Of a stretch of 64,000 nt of DNA, positions 1-10,050 are shown in pieces. The DNA comes from Promethearchaeia archaeon (GTDB taxonomy: Archaea; Asgardarchaeota; Lokiarchaeia; Sigyniarchaeales; SOKP01). A program made the position numbers and the translations under genes. Numbering within the stretch: the stretch's first letter is position 1; each line of letters starts with the position of its first letter. Where the stretch lies: positions 32,001 through 96,000 of the forward strand of contig JAHQWL010000023.1 in NCBI GenBank assembly GCA_029856155.1. The letters run 5' to 3'. The notes under the pieces were generated by a model. The model made no database searches. It was not told where the DNA came from and worked only from the letters and a program-made list of their open reading frames with translations.

Positions 1-539
1 AAGCGTAATTCCAATCCTTTTTTGGAAAATAATCTCAACCATTCCCATTATACTTATCTCTGAAATACAAAATCCCCGTAATTGGAAGATTGGGAAATTA
101 TACTCCATATTCTGCTGGTTTTCATTTAAAATAATCATTGCATTATATAGATTTATTTGTGCTAAATCTTGTTTTTGTGTTAATAAAATAATCATACTTA
201 AGATATTTAAATGTACTTTTTGATCAATAATAATATTTTTGACAACAAAAAATCTAAACTTGCTTTATTTAATTGTTTATATTAAATCGAGTGATGATTA
301 AATCTTCTTTTGAGGTTAAGATACTTTTTTCATTTCTTTTATGAAATTGGATGTTTAAAATATTATCTGAAAAAAATTCAGAACAGTATAGGATTTGCAA
401 TTATAAACATGATATAAAACAAATAAAAATAAAAAACAAAAAAAAACCAGGTTTACACGGGGGTCAAATTCTCATTAAGCCCGAAAGACAATAAAAGGGA
501 ATCCCTATTTAAAGTGAGATTTTTTTAAAAAATAAGGAA

Positions 540-672
540 CGGGCCTGGCAGGATTTGAACCTGCGATCTTGGGTTTAATGGATACTTCCATCAAAAATCC
601 CAGTCCGAAGCCGGGCACCCTATCCATTCTAGATTACGTCGAGATGGACGCAATTGACTAGATTACAGGCCC
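540..672 (-). tRNA. tRNA-Arg(UCG) with two non-canonical 29-nt introns (627-655 in the D-loop; 568-596 in the variable loop)
   Basis: Acceptor GGGCCTG/CAGGCCC, anticodon arm CCCGG-CTTCGGA-CTGGG, T-arm GCAGG-TTCAAAT-CCTGC. Both inserts form BHB motifs, and removing them gives a normal cloverleaf. Confidence 0.93.
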
Positions 673-801
673 TTAATCTAAGTACTAAAAATTATAGGGT
701 TAAATTACTTTCATTTATTATTTCTAAAAAATTTTATTGAATTAGAATAATGAATAATTCAGTAATTTCTCGAATCTTATATAGGAAAAGTAGAGTATTT
801 T

Positions 802-1239
802 TCAAATATCTTCCTTTTCAAAACCATTATTTAGATATTTTATGAATAATCGAAATAATTTTATAAATCTTAAACCTTGAGAAAGATCTCCATCAGCTTT
901 TATTATTCCTTTCATAAAAGCATCGGTTCCATACATCTCACGCTTCAAAATTTTAACTAAGATCTCTTTAGTGTATCTAATTCTAAAGGATGCATTTCTA
1001 TTAATACCATGTTTGTAGCTAAGTGAACCATTTGATACTTTTAACCAAAAATTAAAATTAATATCTGTAATGATAATTTGGTATATATCATCATCCTCTA
1101 TTATTTCTTCTCGTAGTTCTTCAGTAATTTTGAATTTGTTAACGGCAATCTTAATGATTTTATCTAAAACAGTGATAAATTCCCCATCATAATTTTTCAA
1201 ATAATGGATCACAGAGTTGTAACTCTTTGAATTGAGCAT
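802..1239 (-). CDS. SCP2 sterol/lipid-binding domain protein
   Basis: C-terminal 'DAFMKGIIKADGDL' SCP2 signature. Confidence 0.8.
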   Translation of the reverse strand: MLNSKSYNSVIHYLKNYDGEFITVLDKIIKIAVNKFKITEELREEIIEDDDIYQIIITDINFNFWLKVSNGSLSYKHGINRNASFRIRYTKEILVKILKREMYGTDAFMKGIIKADGDLSQGLRFIKLFRLFIKYLNNGFEKEDI

Positions 1240-1413
1240 ACTATCTAAACTTGATACTAATTCAAATATATTATATTATTATACCTATATATTCCTTATA
1301 TTCTACATCGTCTTTAAGGCATATAAATCTTTCTATTAGGTGTTTTAAATGCTAAACAGAATAAAATTTTTATATTCTCGTTTATTCCCTTAGTTACATA
1401 ACTATAATTTTTT

Positions 1414-1523
1414 GCGGCTATAGTGTAGCCCGGTCTTTAAGTATAACAAATCTGTCTACTTAACCGAAAGCATTCGGGACTGTCACTCCTGCGACGCGGG
1501 TTCAAATCCCGCTAGCCGCGCCA
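1414..1523 (+). tRNA. tRNA-Asp(GUC) with a 32-nt D-loop intron (1437-1468) and encoded CCA
   Basis: Acceptor GCGGCTA/TAGCCGC, anticodon arm CGGGA-CTGTCAC-TCCTG, GGTTCAAATCC. BHB: CGGT-CTT ... ACCG-AAA. Confidence 0.95.
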
Positions 1524-1682
1524 TATAATTTTTACTTAACTTTGAATTTATTATTGAAGCTAATTAATAATTATGAAAAACATAATTTCTCTGAAATAAT
1601 ACTATAAAATAAAAACTAAGATAATAAAAAAAAAGAAATGTATAAATGAAATATGCTGAATAGAGAGGTTAAATTAAGTAAT

Positions 1683-1778
1683 TTATAAATCTTCTACTAA
1701 ATCTTCATAAGCTTCTAATGCTAATTCAATGATCTCTTGGAAAGCCATAGCATCTTGAAGATTTCCCTCAACCGTTAT
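1683..1778 (-). pseudogene. 3' fragment of an SCP2 gene (inverted homolog of 2775-2870)
   Basis: Translates as ITVEGNLQDAMAFQEIIELALEAYEDLVEDL*, 29/31 aa identical to the C-terminus of ORF 2424-2870. No in-frame start codon before the upstream stop. Confidence 0.85.
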
Positions 1779-1942
1779 ACTTAAATTATGGTGGGCTAGA
1801 AATTTATTAAGATTTTATCTAAAAAGAGTTAAATAATGAAGAAGAAAGAATTTTATGAAGGAATTATAAACTATAATTAGTAAGAAGGAAAAAATAAGAA
1901 TTAGAGATTATTCATTGTGTACTATCCCTCTGATGATGTACT

Positions 1943-2230
1943 ATGACTGAATTTTCTGTATCATTCTATCGCCCTTGGTTAGGAGGGATGAGTAAAAGAA
2001 CCTCTCTTATTAGACAATTTACTGCCGAACTTGCTAGAAATAGAATTGATAAAATAGATTTTCGATCTGTCAATGAAGAAGATTTCCGCAAGAAAATTGC
2101 TTCCATCACTTTTTATATGGTAAAGTATATGTCTACTATTAACATTAAACAAGGTGCTTATAATTCTCCAACAAATGTTTTATATGCGAATCTTCCTTCG
2201 GGAGATTATAGTAATGAATTTATAATTTAA
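1943..2230 (+). CDS. hypothetical protein (possibly a fragment)
   Basis: 95-aa ORF, no recognisable motif. Confidence 0.35.
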   Translation: MTEFSVSFYRPWLGGMSKRTSLIRQFTAELARNRIDKIDFRSVNEEDFRKKIASITFYMVKYMSTINIKQGAYNSPTNVLYANLPSGDYSNEFII

Positions 2231-2423
2231 ATCATAAAAGTCTCCACACTTAATAACTTCTAAACTTCACATTTAGTAACTTTTAAATTTAGCGTATTTT
2301 ATCAGAATTACCAAATAATATAAATAAAACCTTTTTATATCATTATATCCTTTTAATATTGTTATTTATAGAATATTTTCTTAAATGATTTTCAAATAAA
2401 AAGAGGAAAATTATACAAAAAGG

Positions 2424-2870
2424 TTGAAAATTAAAATGGTTGACGAATCATTATTGAAAGATATTAAGGCCGCTCAAGATGCGGGCGCATCTAGTGCATC
2501 ACCAGAGGATATGATGAAGGTTTTTGAATTCATTAAACAAATCTCTACAGAGAATGAAGATCTTAAGGAAGAATTAGAGGACATGGATATAGCAATTCAA
2601 ATGATAATTACGGATGCAGATAGGAAGCATTGGCTTACAGTAAAAGAAGGAAATTTAGATTTTGGCGAAGGGGATGTTGATAATCCTTCATTCACAATGT
2701 CTTCAACTTTAGAAGTTGGTGCAGGTATATTAATGGGAGAAGTAGATGCTACTAGTGCATATATGGCGGGAGATATCACTGTTGAAGGAAATCTTCAAGA
2801 TGCTATGGCCTTCCAAGAAATTATAGAGCTTGCTTTGGAAGCTTACGAAGATTTAGCAGAAGACATGTAA
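2424..2870 (+). CDS. SCP2 sterol/lipid-binding domain protein, acidic (start probably ATG 2436)
   Basis: 'GEVDATSAYMAGDITVEGNL' SCP2 signature; T-rich tract downstream. Confidence 0.88.
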   Translation: MKIKMVDESLLKDIKAAQDAGASSASPEDMMKVFEFIKQISTENEDLKEELEDMDIAIQMIITDADRKHWLTVKEGNLDFGEGDVDNPSFTMSSTLEVGAGILMGEVDATSAYMAGDITVEGNLQDAMAFQEIIELALEAYEDLAEDM

Positions 2871-3161
2871 AAATAGAGGCAACCTACAAAACTTTCAAAG
2901 AATCTTTTCTTTTTTTTTATTAATTTTTTTATTTATAATTCAAATTTCTTTTTTTTTAAAAGTATTAGATAAAAACCACTTGAAAAGATAAGTTAACTGA
3001 AAATGAAACTAAGGAGTGTAATATACTCATAATATTTTCCCTTAAAACCACATTTTAAAAAATTTAATTAGCTAATTCAAAAAAATTAAATCATTGTATT
3101 TTTATTATTTGTTTGGAATAGATAGTCGACAAATTTTTTTATTAGGTGTAGTGCAATAAGA

Positions 3162-3779
3162 ATGGTTTTAGAACGCTTATACTCAGCAACGGATAATTTA
3201 ATTAATCAACAGTTCTATAAAGAGAAAAGTGACATAATTATTGGGAGAACCCCCGAAATTTCATTAAAGATTAGCAATTCAGGGCAAATAGTAAGGAAAT
3301 TTAAAGATCTATTTAATGAAAATCTACACTTATTCCTTGAGGGCAAATACTTAGAATTTCTTAAGCATTTTAAAAGAATAAAAGGGATGGATGAAAACTA
3401 TATTAGAGAAATTTATCAAGACCTTCAGCTTAAATTTGAAACATTAGAGGAAGCGGAAAATATTAATAGCGTTATTATATACTCGCTCGTTCTAAATTCT
3501 CTAATATCAAATATTAGAGATATTAATTTTGCAGAATCGATTAGAGAGGTAAAAAGACGAGTATTAAAAAAATTAAATATTCATGAAAACAAGATCCAAG
3601 AAGAGTTGGATAAGTTATTCATGAGAAATGATAACAACATTTCAATTTTATATAATATCTCTTATCTTGATACATTAGCAGAATCTTTCAATTATATGAA
3701 AGTTGCTCATATTTGTAAGATTCAAAAGAGTAAATTTATAAATCGAATTGTTAAGCTGATTATAACCTCAAATAAATAA
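3162..3779 (+). CDS. hypothetical helical protein
   Basis: 205-aa ORF with AGGTG ribosome-binding site. Confidence 0.6.
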   Translation: MVLERLYSATDNLINQQFYKEKSDIIIGRTPEISLKISNSGQIVRKFKDLFNENLHLFLEGKYLEFLKHFKRIKGMDENYIREIYQDLQLKFETLEEAENINSVIIYSLVLNSLISNIRDINFAESIREVKRRVLKKLNIHENKIQEELDKLFMRNDNNISILYNISYLDTLAESFNYMKVAHICKIQKSKFINRIVKLIITSNK

Positions 3780-3794
3780 GTTTGGCAAAGATCT

Positions 3795-4556
3795 TCAAAC
3801 ATTTTCAATGTTTTGATAAAAAATCTCAACAAGAGTAGTTAAAACAATTTCTCTTAAACTTATATCATATCTTCTTATCCTATCTGAGAATTCAAATTGA
3901 ATAGTTTTACTACTTGATGAATATTGGGATGCTCCATATTGTTTTGTTATATATCCTCCAGATAGTACGTATTCTCTTCTTCTAGGATGCCCTGGGGCAA
4001 TTGGTATTTCTAGCTCAAGAAATTTTTCTATGATTTTTCCACGTATGTTTTTATTCCAATCTCTTTTTGGAATTGATATAGAGAAAAGTGACTCCAAATT
4101 ATTAGTACCTAGGATTATTTCTACATCTCGAAATCCAGGTGGGCGATTATCTTTTTCAAATCCATGTATATCTAAAAGCAATGAACGTCCAAATTTACTT
4201 ATATTATAATTTACTAATTCTTGGATTTTTCTATGGTAAAACCTATAGATTTTTCTAGCAAGACTAGAATTTTGATTATAAGCCTCACTTTCATTACGAT
4301 TTAAATCAACTTTACTTCGCCGAACTTTTGAAATAATATAAGAGGGAATTTTTAATTCTGAAAATTCATTTTTAAATTTTAAGCTTATTAGTTCAATGAA
4401 TTCCTTAGAGAATTCTATAGTCCCTTTATCAATTCCAAAAACTCCTGTTGATCTTTGGGGAATATTCTCACATTCTAATATTCCACCGTGAGGCACAGAT
4501 ATAATTAATGGAATACTACCTTCTTCAAATTCTATATAATCTATTAGATCAGACAT
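3795..4556 (-). CDS. N-formylglutamate amidohydrolase family protein
   Basis: ISVPHGG, R..VDLNR, LLDIHG, GGYIT, IQFE motifs. Confidence 0.85.
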   Translation of the reverse strand: MSDLIDYIEFEEGSIPLIISVPHGGILECENIPQRSTGVFGIDKGTIEFSKEFIELISLKFKNEFSELKIPSYIISKVRRSKVDLNRNESEAYNQNSSLARKIYRFYHRKIQELVNYNISKFGRSLLLDIHGFEKDNRPPGFRDVEIILGTNNLESLFSISIPKRDWNKNIRGKIIEKFLELEIPIAPGHPRRREYVLSGGYITKQYGASQYSSSSKTIQFEFSDRIRRYDISLREIVLTTLVEIFYQNIENV

Positions 4557-4591
4557 TCTATAAAATATAAATTTTAAAAATAAAAAATAAG

Positions 4592-5056
4592 TTAGATAAT
4601 TGGAGAGTTATGTAGAGTTAAATATCGAAGTATTATAAATACACTGATCCAAACACCGAAACCAATTATGCCAAATGTATAATAAGCAAATGCACTTTTT
4701 TCTTTTTCGAATGTTAGATATGCAAATAACCATGTTCCAAGGCCACCAATTGCGACTAGTAAAACATCTGTCGTCATATTCTGCAAACTGTCAGCTCGGT
4801 TTTCAAATTTTAATCCTAAATTAAGAAGAACCGTGTGCTCAATGATTTCCCAAATTACTGCACATACAACCGTAAGAATAAAAACAAGCAACAGTGAAAA
4901 GATTGGAATTCTTCCTTTTTTTTTTGGAATTGTGTAAAACAATGAAAATAATAAAAAAACTCCAATCCCGAAACAAATATGTCCTATAGAATAAAAATCA
5001 AACCAAGAAATCCCAACCTCATCAACTGTAGTGGCAATAAATCCATTAAATAACAT
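4592..5056 (-). CDS. membrane protein, DUF2585-like
   Basis: FDFYSIGH, WEIIEH, DSLQN..TD motifs; several transmembrane helices. Confidence 0.55.
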   Translation of the reverse strand: MLFNGFIATTVDEVGISWFDFYSIGHICFGIGVFLLFSLFYTIPKKKGRIPIFSLLLVFILTVVCAVIWEIIEHTVLLNLGLKFENRADSLQNMTTDVLLVAIGGLGTWLFAYLTFEKEKSAFAYYTFGIIGFGVWISVFIILRYLTLHNSPII

Positions 5057-5338
5057 AAAAGACTCCTTTTTCTTGTGTTATTTTTTTTAGAGTTTTAAAA
5101 TAATAATAAAAAAATGATAATAAATATTCATGTGAATTTAGAATTCAAGATCAAAATAGATCATAAAGATTGATTTATTTCACTCTGCAATGTTGCCTAA
5201 AACCAGTTAAAAATCAATTTTTTTTCACAAATTTTTATTAATTAGCATAATACTTAACGAATTATAAATTCTATTTAAAAGATATTAAATTATATTATAT
5301 CTGATTATTGAAAGTATTTGAATATAGGTAATCTCTAA

Positions 5339-6625
5339 TTGAAAGAAATTGCTTACATTGTTTATTATCATAAACATAACTTTTATAGTTTAAATGCTAT
5401 AGTGGGAGCACTTGAAACAGATGAAGTATTTGAAAGTATCGATTTTTATTTTATTCCCACACAAGATAAACTTAAAGAATCCATAGAAGAAGTTACTAAA
5501 AAATATAACAAAATAATGGTAGGAATATCATTTTATACAACTCAACTTTTCGAAACCCAAGATCTCGTTCGAATAATAAAAAGGAGATATAAAGAAAAAG
5601 TGCTCATAGTCGCAGGAGGGCCTCATCCAACGGGGGATCCTTTTGGAACTCTTAAAATGGGTGTTGATATAGTTGTTGTCGGTGAAGGTGAGGAAATTAT
5701 AATAGAACTCATGCAAAGAATAGTAAATAATGAGAAAATTGATGATATAAAAGGAATTGCTTATATAAATGAAAATAATCGATATACCTATACTGGAAAA
5801 AGAAATCTAGTTAATTTAGACAAATATCCCCCCTTTCCAATAAAAAATACTCGATTTGGAGCAATTGAAATAACAAGAGGCTGTCCCTATGTGTGTTACT
5901 TTTGTCAAACACCCTATATTTTAGGTACGAAACCTAGACATAGAAGCATAGAAATAATTTGTAGATTTGTGCAAGAATTAAAAAATTTTTATGAAGATCT
6001 GACAGATATACGATTCATTACTCCAAATGCTTTTTCATATGGTTCACAAGATGGAAAGAATTTAAATTTAGAAAAACTTGAAGATCTCCTTTTTAATATT
6101 AGAAAAATTCTCGGTAGTAAAGGAAGGATATTTTTAGGGACATTTCCGTCTGAAGTTCGCCCTGAACATGTAATAGAAGAAACTCTAAATTTAATCTTAA
6201 AATATGCTAATAACGATAATATCACTATTGGAGCGCAATCAGGTAGTCAAAAGTTATTGGATTCATGTCATAGAGACCATACTATTCAAGATATTTATAA
6301 TGCTGTAGATTTGACATTGAAAAGCAATTTAAAAATTAATGTGGACTTCATTTTTGGATTACCTGAAGAAAATGAAGAGGATATTAAATTAACAATTCAA
6401 ATGATGAAAGATTTAGCGACTAAAGGAGCAAGAATACATGCTCATTCATTTATTCCTTTACCTCAGACTCCCTATGCAAATGCAACTGTAAAAAAAATAA
6501 GGGATCTCTACAAAAAAGAAATTAAATTATTAACCTCAAAAGGATTTGCTTTTGGAGATTGGCAGAAACAAGAAAGATTAGCTATGAAGATAGCTAATTA
6601 TATGAAGAAAATAAATATAAAATAA
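5339..6625 (+). CDS. B12-binding domain / radical SAM protein
   Basis: GGPHPT, VVGEGE, EITRGCPYVCYFC (CxxxCxxC). Confidence 0.9.
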   Translation: MKEIAYIVYYHKHNFYSLNAIVGALETDEVFESIDFYFIPTQDKLKESIEEVTKKYNKIMVGISFYTTQLFETQDLVRIIKRRYKEKVLIVAGGPHPTGDPFGTLKMGVDIVVVGEGEEIIIELMQRIVNNEKIDDIKGIAYINENNRYTYTGKRNLVNLDKYPPFPIKNTRFGAIEITRGCPYVCYFCQTPYILGTKPRHRSIEIICRFVQELKNFYEDLTDIRFITPNAFSYGSQDGKNLNLEKLEDLLFNIRKILGSKGRIFLGTFPSEVRPEHVIEETLNLILKYANNDNITIGAQSGSQKLLDSCHRDHTIQDIYNAVDLTLKSNLKINVDFIFGLPEENEEDIKLTIQMMKDLATKGARIHAHSFIPLPQTPYANATVKKIRDLYKKEIKLLTSKGFAFGDWQKQERLAMKIANYMKKINIK

Positions 6626-6630
6626 TGCTG

Positions 6631-7515
6631 TTATTTTACCAGTTTTACAATATCTTCCTTTATTTCAATGAAACCTTCTTTTTGTAATTGATTAAGTATC
6701 TTTTTTAATCTCTCAGAGTCATCAATTTTAATTTTTTTTTGGATTTCTTTAATTTTAATTGTTTTGTTATTAATTAACATTTTCAGAATCTTTCCTCTAA
6801 TTTGTCTTGATGATCCTTTAAATGGTGCTTGCTTTCGATAATGAGCACTTTTTTTATTCAATTCTGGGTGTGTTTTTTTAAGCATTACTCCATAATCCAT
6901 GAGAGCATAATACCATTTTCTAGGATTATTCTTATCAACAGTAAATCTTACAATTGGTAAAATTTCTTTATCATGAACATTAGTTTTTTTAGGAAAGAAA
7001 AAGTAAATATACACTCTTCTTACATTGGTCTCAATAAAGGCTGTAGGTTTATTGAAGGCAAATGTTATGATTGATGAAGCTGTATTATGACCTATTTGAG
7101 GAAAAGATTCCAATGTTTCTTTAGAGTTTGGAAGCTCTCCGTCATAATCTCTGACAACAATTTCTGCAATCTTTTTTAATGCTATAGCTCTTCTATTATA
7201 TCCTAAACCTTTCCATTCTCTAAGAATAACATCAAGTGGAGCTTGAGATAATGTTAAAAAGTCTGGAAATTTTTCTGTGAATTTCAAAAACTTTTCTGAT
7301 ACCCTCTCTGTTTGAGTTTGTTGAAGCATAATTTCTGAAACTAATACATTATAGGGAGTAGTATTTTCTCTGAAAGGAAATTTTCTCTTATGATTTATAA
7401 AGTATTCGTAAATATAGTTCTGAAATAAGTTAATGACTTCATATGTTAATCCTTTTTCTTTATATGATTTATAGAAGTCAGTAATGAATAAATTTTCATT
7501 AATTCTAGACATCAA
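6631..7515 (-). CDS. mutY: HhH-GPD A/G-specific adenine glycosylase (short MutY-like, no Fe-S cluster motif)
   Basis: PYNVLVSEIMLQQTQ, WKGLGYNRRA, HhH 'FPQIG', ALMDYG; the Cys cluster is absent. Confidence 0.82.
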   Translation of the reverse strand: MMSRINENLFITDFYKSYKEKGLTYEVINLFQNYIYEYFINHKRKFPFRENTTPYNVLVSEIMLQQTQTERVSEKFLKFTEKFPDFLTLSQAPLDVILREWKGLGYNRRAIALKKIAEIVVRDYDGELPNSKETLESFPQIGHNTASSIITFAFNKPTAFIETNVRRVYIYFFFPKKTNVHDKEILPIVRFTVDKNNPRKWYYALMDYGVMLKKTHPELNKKSAHYRKQAPFKGSSRQIRGKILKMLINNKTIKIKEIQKKIKIDDSERLKKILNQLQKEGFIEIKEDIVKLVK

Positions 7516-7606
7516 GAACCAACAAATGAATAGTAAGTTTGTTTAACTACTCATGGAAAAATAACTTATGGATTTTAAATTATAATTATTGCTAAACGTT
7601 TTATTT

Positions 7607-9511
7607 TTAATTAAGATCGAAAGCAAACACAGTAACTCCTCCCTCTATTCTTTTAAGGGTTAATGAATAACCCGAGCTATTAATAATATGAAGCATTGAT
7701 TTGTTTTCAAGCAAAATTGAACCAGAAAATGTTCTATAATTAAGCTCTTTTCCAATCTTTACCAAATAATTTAACAAAAATTTAGTTATTCCTAGATTTC
7801 TCCAATCTTTATCAACAACAAATGCTAATTCCGCAATAGAAGGCTGATACGCTTTGAAAAAAGCACCTAAAGCGATTATTTTATTCTCCCCATTCTCGCT
7901 AATCTCTGCTACCAAAATCATGTCAGTGGCGTAATCTATGTTCACCATTGGTTGCATTTTTCTATGCCTAAAATCTTTAATAGGGGTAAAAAATCTTAAA
8001 TATCTATCTCGCTCATCTAAGGAATAATGAAGTTCTTGAATCATCCTTTCATCCGTAGTTCTAACAGGACGAATTTTTATTGTTTTTCCATTTTTAAGCT
8101 TTAAAGAGGTTTCATACTTTTCAGGATAAATACTTATTCTTCCATCAATTGAAATGGGTAATTTCTGGTCTGAATACACGTACTTCCACTTTTTTGCATG
8201 TTCCAATAAACCTTCCCGAAAATCGGGATGAGCAATATTTATCATTTCGAGTACCCTTTCTCGAATACTTTTTCCATAAAGATATGCAATACCCCATTCA
8301 GTTACTATATAATGGATGTCTCCTCTTGTTATTACGACTCCAGATCCCGGTTGCAGGAAAGGAACTATTCTAGACACTAAAGTACCGTCCTTTAATTTCG
8401 CAGTAGAAGGTACAGTCATAATAGGTTTTCCATCTATAGCTCTTCCAGCACCTCTTACAAAGTCAACTTGTCCACCAATTCCGCTATAAAATCTGTGACC
8501 TAAGGAATCTGAATTTACTTGACCCGTCAAATCAACACTTAATGCGGCATTTATGGCTACTTGCTTTTTATTTTGACTTATTATATATGGATCATTTGTA
8601 TAATCACATGGATGAAACTCTACCATCGGATTATCATCAACAAAATTATACAATCTTTTTGAACCCATAACAAATGAACAAATAATCTTATCTTTATGCA
8701 AAGTCTTCTTCTTACAAGTTATTACACCATTTTCCACAAGATCCACAATCCCATCTGAAAAAACCTCGCTATGAACACCTAAGTCTCTCTTATCCAGTAA
8801 TTGTTTTGTGACTGCATTAGGAATCTCACCAATTCCCATTTGAATTGTTGATTCATCTTCAATTAAAGAGGCAACAAATTTAGCTATTCTATTGGAAATA
8901 TCGTCTAGCTCACCATAAGTAAATTCAATAATATCATGCTCACTTAACACAAAAGCATCAATATCATCCATATGAATAAATGAATCACCTAAAGTACGAG
9001 GCATTTTTGGATTTATCTCTGCTACAACTTTTTCAGCAGATTCAGCTATTGGTTTAACAATATCAACGTTAATTCCATAACTACAGAATCCATATCGGTC
9101 AGGCGGACTTACTTGGATTAGAGCTGTATCTACATGCATTTTTCCCGTGGTAAATAATTTTGGAATTTCAGAAAGAAGCATTGGAGTATAGTCTGCTTGT
9201 CCTATTTCCACATATTTGCGTAATGATTTTCCTATAAAAAAAGCGTTATGTCTAAATAAATCTTCTATACTACCAGCAGTTTCATAATAATCCAAATCAC
9301 TAAGGCTGAGGAAATGTAATATTTCTACATCCGGAAGTTTCAATCCAAGTTCAATTAATTTTTTAGTAAGATCAATAGGCTCAGCACATCCAGAATCGAT
9401 AAATATTCTATCTCCGGGGTTAATATAGTTTTTAATTGCATTATCAAATGAAACTTTTTTCTTACTATAATCTTCTAATGTGTCCGGGAGACTCTTGTTC
9501 GTATTTGACAA
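7607..9511 (-). CDS. acetyl-CoA hydrolase/4-hydroxybutyrate CoA-transferase fused to a C-terminal GNAT domain
   Basis: IQMGIGEIP, LGVHSE, SGIGGQVDF, VTEWG; then IRPV...YLRFF...AELAFVV..WRNLGI. Confidence 0.9.
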   Translation of the reverse strand: MSNTNKSLPDTLEDYSKKKVSFDNAIKNYINPGDRIFIDSGCAEPIDLTKKLIELGLKLPDVEILHFLSLSDLDYYETAGSIEDLFRHNAFFIGKSLRKYVEIGQADYTPMLLSEIPKLFTTGKMHVDTALIQVSPPDRYGFCSYGINVDIVKPIAESAEKVVAEINPKMPRTLGDSFIHMDDIDAFVLSEHDIIEFTYGELDDISNRIAKFVASLIEDESTIQMGIGEIPNAVTKQLLDKRDLGVHSEVFSDGIVDLVENGVITCKKKTLHKDKIICSFVMGSKRLYNFVDDNPMVEFHPCDYTNDPYIISQNKKQVAINAALSVDLTGQVNSDSLGHRFYSGIGGQVDFVRGAGRAIDGKPIMTVPSTAKLKDGTLVSRIVPFLQPGSGVVITRGDIHYIVTEWGIAYLYGKSIRERVLEMINIAHPDFREGLLEHAKKWKYVYSDQKLPISIDGRISIYPEKYETSLKLKNGKTIKIRPVRTTDERMIQELHYSLDERDRYLRFFTPIKDFRHRKMQPMVNIDYATDMILVAEISENGENKIIALGAFFKAYQPSIAELAFVVDKDWRNLGITKFLLNYLVKIGKELNYRTFSGSILLENKSMLHIINSSGYSLTLKRIEGGVTVFAFDLN

Positions 9512-9682
9512 AAAATCACCTTTATATCTAGTACATACATTTAAAATAGTTCTTTTTGGATTTTAAATATAATTATGTTTTATGAGCGTAAATATAATGT
9601 TAAAGATAAATAATCAATAATAAATATTTAATTTCTTTTTAGAACTTATATTTCTATATTAAATGATTTTCTAAGATTTTAA

Positions 9683-10021
9683 ATGGGAAAAGATAAGGTT
9701 GATATTGAAGATTTAGAAGCATTCATTAATGGATTGAAAGATTCATTTGATACTTTAGAGAACATTGATCCAACACAAGCCAAGGGTTTCCAAGCACAAA
9801 TGGCAAAAGCTATTTCAGATTTAAGGTCTAAAAGAGCTGCAAAAATTGAACCTCTTCCAAAACATATAGGCCACTTTACAAAAGAAGATCTTAAAAACTA
9901 CTTATTAAAGGAGCTAGAGTCTTTACAAGATCTTTTAGATTCTTCTGATTATAATAGGAGAATAAAATTTGAATTAGTAAAAAAAATTGCTCTAATACGG
10001 GAGCAAGTAAATAATATGTAG
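9683..10021 (+). CDS. hypothetical protein
   Basis: 112-aa ORF immediately upstream of tatD. Confidence 0.6.
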   Translation: MGKDKVDIEDLEAFINGLKDSFDTLENIDPTQAKGFQAQMAKAISDLRSKRAAKIEPLPKHIGHFTKEDLKNYLLKELESLQDLLDSSDYNRRIKFELVKKIALIREQVNNM

Positions 10022-10050
10022 ACTTTTTATTTTTTTAATATTAAGAGGTT

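Noticed and set aside
1-140. Possible gene start running off the left edge
   Set aside because: Too short, no motif
1524-2420. Integrated mobile element at tRNA-Asp
   Set aside because: No integrase or transposase, and no repeat of the tRNA 3' end seen in the window
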